Under the pieces are notes generated by a model, which was not told where the DNA came from, made no database searches, and saw nothing but the letters and a program-made list of their open reading frames with translations. A stretch of DNA of 64,000 nt from Macrostomum hystrix (Eukaryota; Animalia; Platyhelminthes). The number at the start of each line of letters is the position of its first letter. Position 1 is the stretch's first letter. A program made the translations under genes and the position numbers. The stretch lies in assembly GCA_950097015.1 (NCBI GenBank), contig CATNEN010000002.1, forward strand, positions 744,001 to 808,000, written 5' to 3'. This document shows positions 60,660 to 64,000 of the stretch, piece by piece.

Positions 60660-61350
60660 GTTAGTCTAGAGGGAGTGTACATTCAGGATAGAAATAAACA
60701 TAAGGAGAGCTTGGCCGAGAGTGTACATTTAATGGAGAGTTTGCCGGGAGTGTACATTCAGGATAGAAATAATCTGGGGAGAAGTTTGCCGGGAGTGTAC
60801 ATTCAGGATAGAAATAATCTGGGGAGAAGTTTGCCGGGAGTGTACATTCAGGATAGAAATAATCTGGGGAGGAGTTTGCCGGGAGTGTACATTCAGGATA
60901 GAAATAATCTGGGGAGGAGTTTGCCGGGAGTGTACATTCAGGATAGAAATAATCCGGGGAGGAGTTTGCCGGGAGTGTACATTCAGGATAGAAATAATCT
61001 GGGGAGGAGTTTGCGGTTGGCCCAGAGTGTACATCTAAGATAGAAATTAACTTGGGGAGAGTTTTGCCGGGAGTGTACAAAATCAATGGCTCGTACATTC
61101 AGGATAGAAATAATCCGGGGAGGAGTTTGCGGTTGGCCGGGAGTGTACATTCAGGATAGAAATAATCCGGGGAGGAGTTTGCGGTTGGCCGGGAGTGTAC
61201 ATTCAGGATAGAAATAATCCGGGGAGGAGTTTGCCGGGAGTGTACATTCAGGATAGAAATAATCTGGGGAGGAGTTTGCGGTTGGCCGGGAGTGTACATC
61301 TAGGATAGAAGTTAACTTGGGGAAAGTTTTGCCGGGAGTGTACATTTAGG
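60660..61350. repeat. 45-bp intronic minisatellite (gccgggagtgtacattcaggatagaaataatctggggaggagttt) with 53-bp variants
   Basis: About 13 copies within a DDHD1 intron. Confidence 0.9.
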
Positions 61351-61693
61351 ATACGAAGAATCTTGGTGGAGCGGTCGATTGTGAGACATTGTAAATTTAG
61401 GGGTTAGACTTGGGTGTACATTAAGAATATAATTAATTGGTTGTCTAATACATGTAACAAGTACATAAAGAGTAAGAATAGAATTTTAAAAGCAAAATTT
61501 GATTCGAAACAATGAGAAACGAGAAAATGATATTTTAGCAGATATCTGTTAAACTCAAAAGTCTGGAATCGACAAAATGCAAAGCGAATTCTTGATTTAA
61601 AAAAGCTAAAAGTGCAAAGCACACTACACAACACTTGAATTAGGCTACATTCAAATTAATATCTAATTAAGAGAGATATTATACGATACTGAC

Positions 61694-61768
61694 CTGACAG
61701 TGAGACTTCGCTAGCCACCGCTCTGAGATTGTCCTGCATCTCAGAGCTGCTTGGGCGGCGGGACTCGA
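61694..61768 (-). CDS. DDHD1: DDHD1 75-nt internal exon (phase 1-1)
   Basis: taactag|tc gag tcc ... ctg tca g|gtcagt; open and frame-preserving (ESRRPSSSEMQDNLRAVASEVSLS). Confidence 0.6.
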
Positions 61769-61895
61769 CTAGTTAAAGATTGCGAAGGAGTAGACAGGCA
61801 GGCATTAAATTGCGTGTTAATATACTAGCTTGTATATGATGGAGAAAATATAACAAAACAGAAAGGTAACAGTCATCTCTACTTAAGGTGACTTT

Positions 61896-61925
61896 TCGCG
61901 GATTCGAGCTCAGGGACCTCGTTGC
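61896..61925 (-). mobile_element. Short SINE head remnant
   Basis: cgcggattcgagctcagggacctcg matches the B-box region of the family. Confidence 0.45.
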
Positions 61926-62029
61926 TATTTGACGAAAATGGCAACAGAAAATTGGCTCCATAAGCTATAGATAAAAAACTAGATATTCCCGAAAGGAAAA
62001 CAAAGAAATATGAAAGGAAGATGGCTCAC

Positions 62030-62387
62030 TTGGCTTATCACCGCTGGCCATCTGAACCGGATCCGATTGGCAAGCCCCCAGACCACGAGAGCAGCCAGTG
62101 TCGCTGTGTCGAGACGACAATTCGTCAAAATTCAATTCGGGCAGCTGGGATGTATCGCCAGACTGAGATGAATCCATCAGCTGCTGCTTTGAAGTGTCGC
62201 CTCGTTTGCTAGGCGATCCAGAAGTCGCTGACGTTACCGCAGCAGCAGCAGCAGCAGCCTGATGATGCTGCAGTGGCTCCTGAGGCAGAGTGTGATAGGG
62301 CGGCTTGTTCATGGCGTCAACCCGATGGATGTACACCGGCTGTATTGTTGAGTAGTGCTTCAAGATCAGCGGCTCCAGGCGGTAGGC
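62030..62387 (-). CDS. DDHD1: DDHD1 internal exon
   Basis: Acceptor tttttag; AYRLEPLILKHYSTIQPVYIH; donor ccaa|gtgagc. Confidence 0.85.
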
Positions 62388-62729
62388 CTAAAAATGAAAT
62401 CAAAACGATGCGATTTCAAAGAAGAAAGATCACGGTATTCATGTTACATGTTGGTTCAATAATGTAAAAACTAACGCTATGATCAATAAAATATACTGAA
62501 GAAGACAGCTGACATGCTTAAATGATGAAATTGTGTGATGGCAGAAAAACTGGTAGCTTTCGCCACTGGACACCCCGACGAGAATCTTTCCTAGGTAGAG
62601 CCGACAATTTTAACCTCGATTTAACACTTTCTACTGTTAAACTACTTATGAGAATGATAAGTAGTATGCATTGAGTATGCAGTAGTGAGTAGTATGCAAA
62701 GGGACGAATATCTAAAATAAATTTCTCAC

Positions 62730-62879
62730 CACAGGATCGGCCGGATGGTAAATATTATAGATGTGATTAACTATTGATTTCGGCACAATATCCTCCTGGC
62801 TGCCGTTGCCTTTCGGTCGTATGCCACGAAGAGCTAGAAAAACAGCCAATGGAGAGCCGAGACAGAATAGGTTCTCCAG
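62730..62879 (-). CDS. DDHD1: DDHD1 internal exon
   Basis: LENLFCLGSPLAVFLALRGIRPKGNGSQEDIVPKSIVNHIYNIYHPADPV (start of DDHD domain); cag acceptor and gtgaga donor. Confidence 0.9.
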
Positions 62880-63189
62880 CTGCAATGTTGCAAATTAATG
62901 TAAAATCCGGTAACTTTATAAGCCGACTATTTTCTTGTGTTAAAGATGAATGCAGATTTTTACAGCGAATAAAATAGTTGCTACAAACGCAGCGAACCTC
63001 AAATAAATATACAAGTACATTCTTCCACAAAAATAAATTAGAAATAAAAATGACCACCTCAGTGCCTTACACACGATTGTACATTATTTTTACAAATTAT
63101 TCTTACCAACTGAAGATAGACCCATTAACCTAATTAAAATTTTTTATTCTGTATGGCAAAAAATCGATTGCTTTAAAGATAGGCATCTG

Positions 63190-63360
63190 AATGTACATTT
63201 GTATCAACACCCGAATGTACATTTGAATGTACATATGAATGTACATTTTAATGTACACATGGATGTACATTTAAATTTACATATGAATGTACATTTGAAT
63301 GTACACATGGATGTACATTTAAATGTACATATGAATTTACACTCGAATGTACACTGGAAT
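63190..63360. repeat. 12-bp tandem repeat (gaatgtacattt and variants)
   Basis: About 14 copies. Confidence 0.85.
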
Positions 63361-64000
63361 TTAGATACTCCAACCAAAAAATGAGACCAAAAAGCCTAAG
63401 ATAAAAATATTCACACAAGAGGAAGATGTCACACGATTTTTGTAAATATGTTAACAATGTACATCCTCGAGTGTATGGGCCGCCAACTCTATTGAGATAC
63501 TAGTGTAGATGGTCATTCGTACAAATTTACATACCCCTATGTACACGCACGCACTAACTTGCACGGTTTAAATTGTTTTGTAAAGCGATTGACTGAAACA
63601 TATGACACATGATAAATTCCGAAACCATTAGGAAAAATTATTCCAAATAAGCGATAGCACATGCTTCAAGTTAGAACATTATAGAACATAGTTCGTTATA
63701 ATAAATGCCTGATATATATATTTTTAAATACAGACACATCACACGAGCTTAGATTGCATGAAAATTGGTTAAAACCGTTACCGGAAATGAGAAGCTGTAC
63801 TGGTACTGGACTGCAGATTATAAATCTATTTGATTACAATAATGATTTACCTGCGGCAGGCCTCTCCAAAGAGGGCCCGATTTGAAATTTATTGGAAAAT
63901 TTGCTTGCTGAAAAAGTTTGCATGATCAATAGACAGTCTGCTTAACAGCTGCTTACTTATGTGATTCTAATATTATTAGTAAAACTAACAGATTAGTAAT

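Noticed and set aside
63540-63900. Further upstream DDHD1 exons (splice-like sites near 63560-63595 and 63851)
   Set aside because: The translations do not resemble the expected DDHD1 sequence and the phases could not be reconciled with confidence.

Overview
Eukaryotic (metazoan, probably non-model invertebrate) genomic DNA with spliceosomal introns, very rich in minisatellites and polypurine/polypyrimidine tracts. Genes I can support: the last exon of a class A GPCR; two copies of a B-box-like/coiled-coil/NHL-propeller (TRIM-NHL-like) gene inside a segmental duplication (one intact, one frameshifted, with divergence concentrated in the propeller); an orphan secreted acidic protein head-to-head with a two-domain JHBP/Der p 7-like lipid-binding protein; a roughly 93-aa TIS11/ZFP36-type tandem CCCH zinc-finger gene whose second exon is absent from the ORF track; and a co-oriented minus-strand run of DDHD1 (3' exons), SMIM12, a divergent MIA40/CHCHD4 and a PGAP4/TMEM246-like gene. 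Mobile DNA: about 11 copies or fragments of one tRNA-derived SINE family, a complete hAT MITE with an 8-bp TSD, an internally deleted IS630/Tc1 element with long TIRs, palindromic MITE-like elements and a possible solo LTR. The very long ORFs over repeats are artefacts. No CRISPR, rRNA or intact tRNA gene was found. Family assignments come from recognising motifs by eye, not from database searches, and repeat boundaries are approximate.
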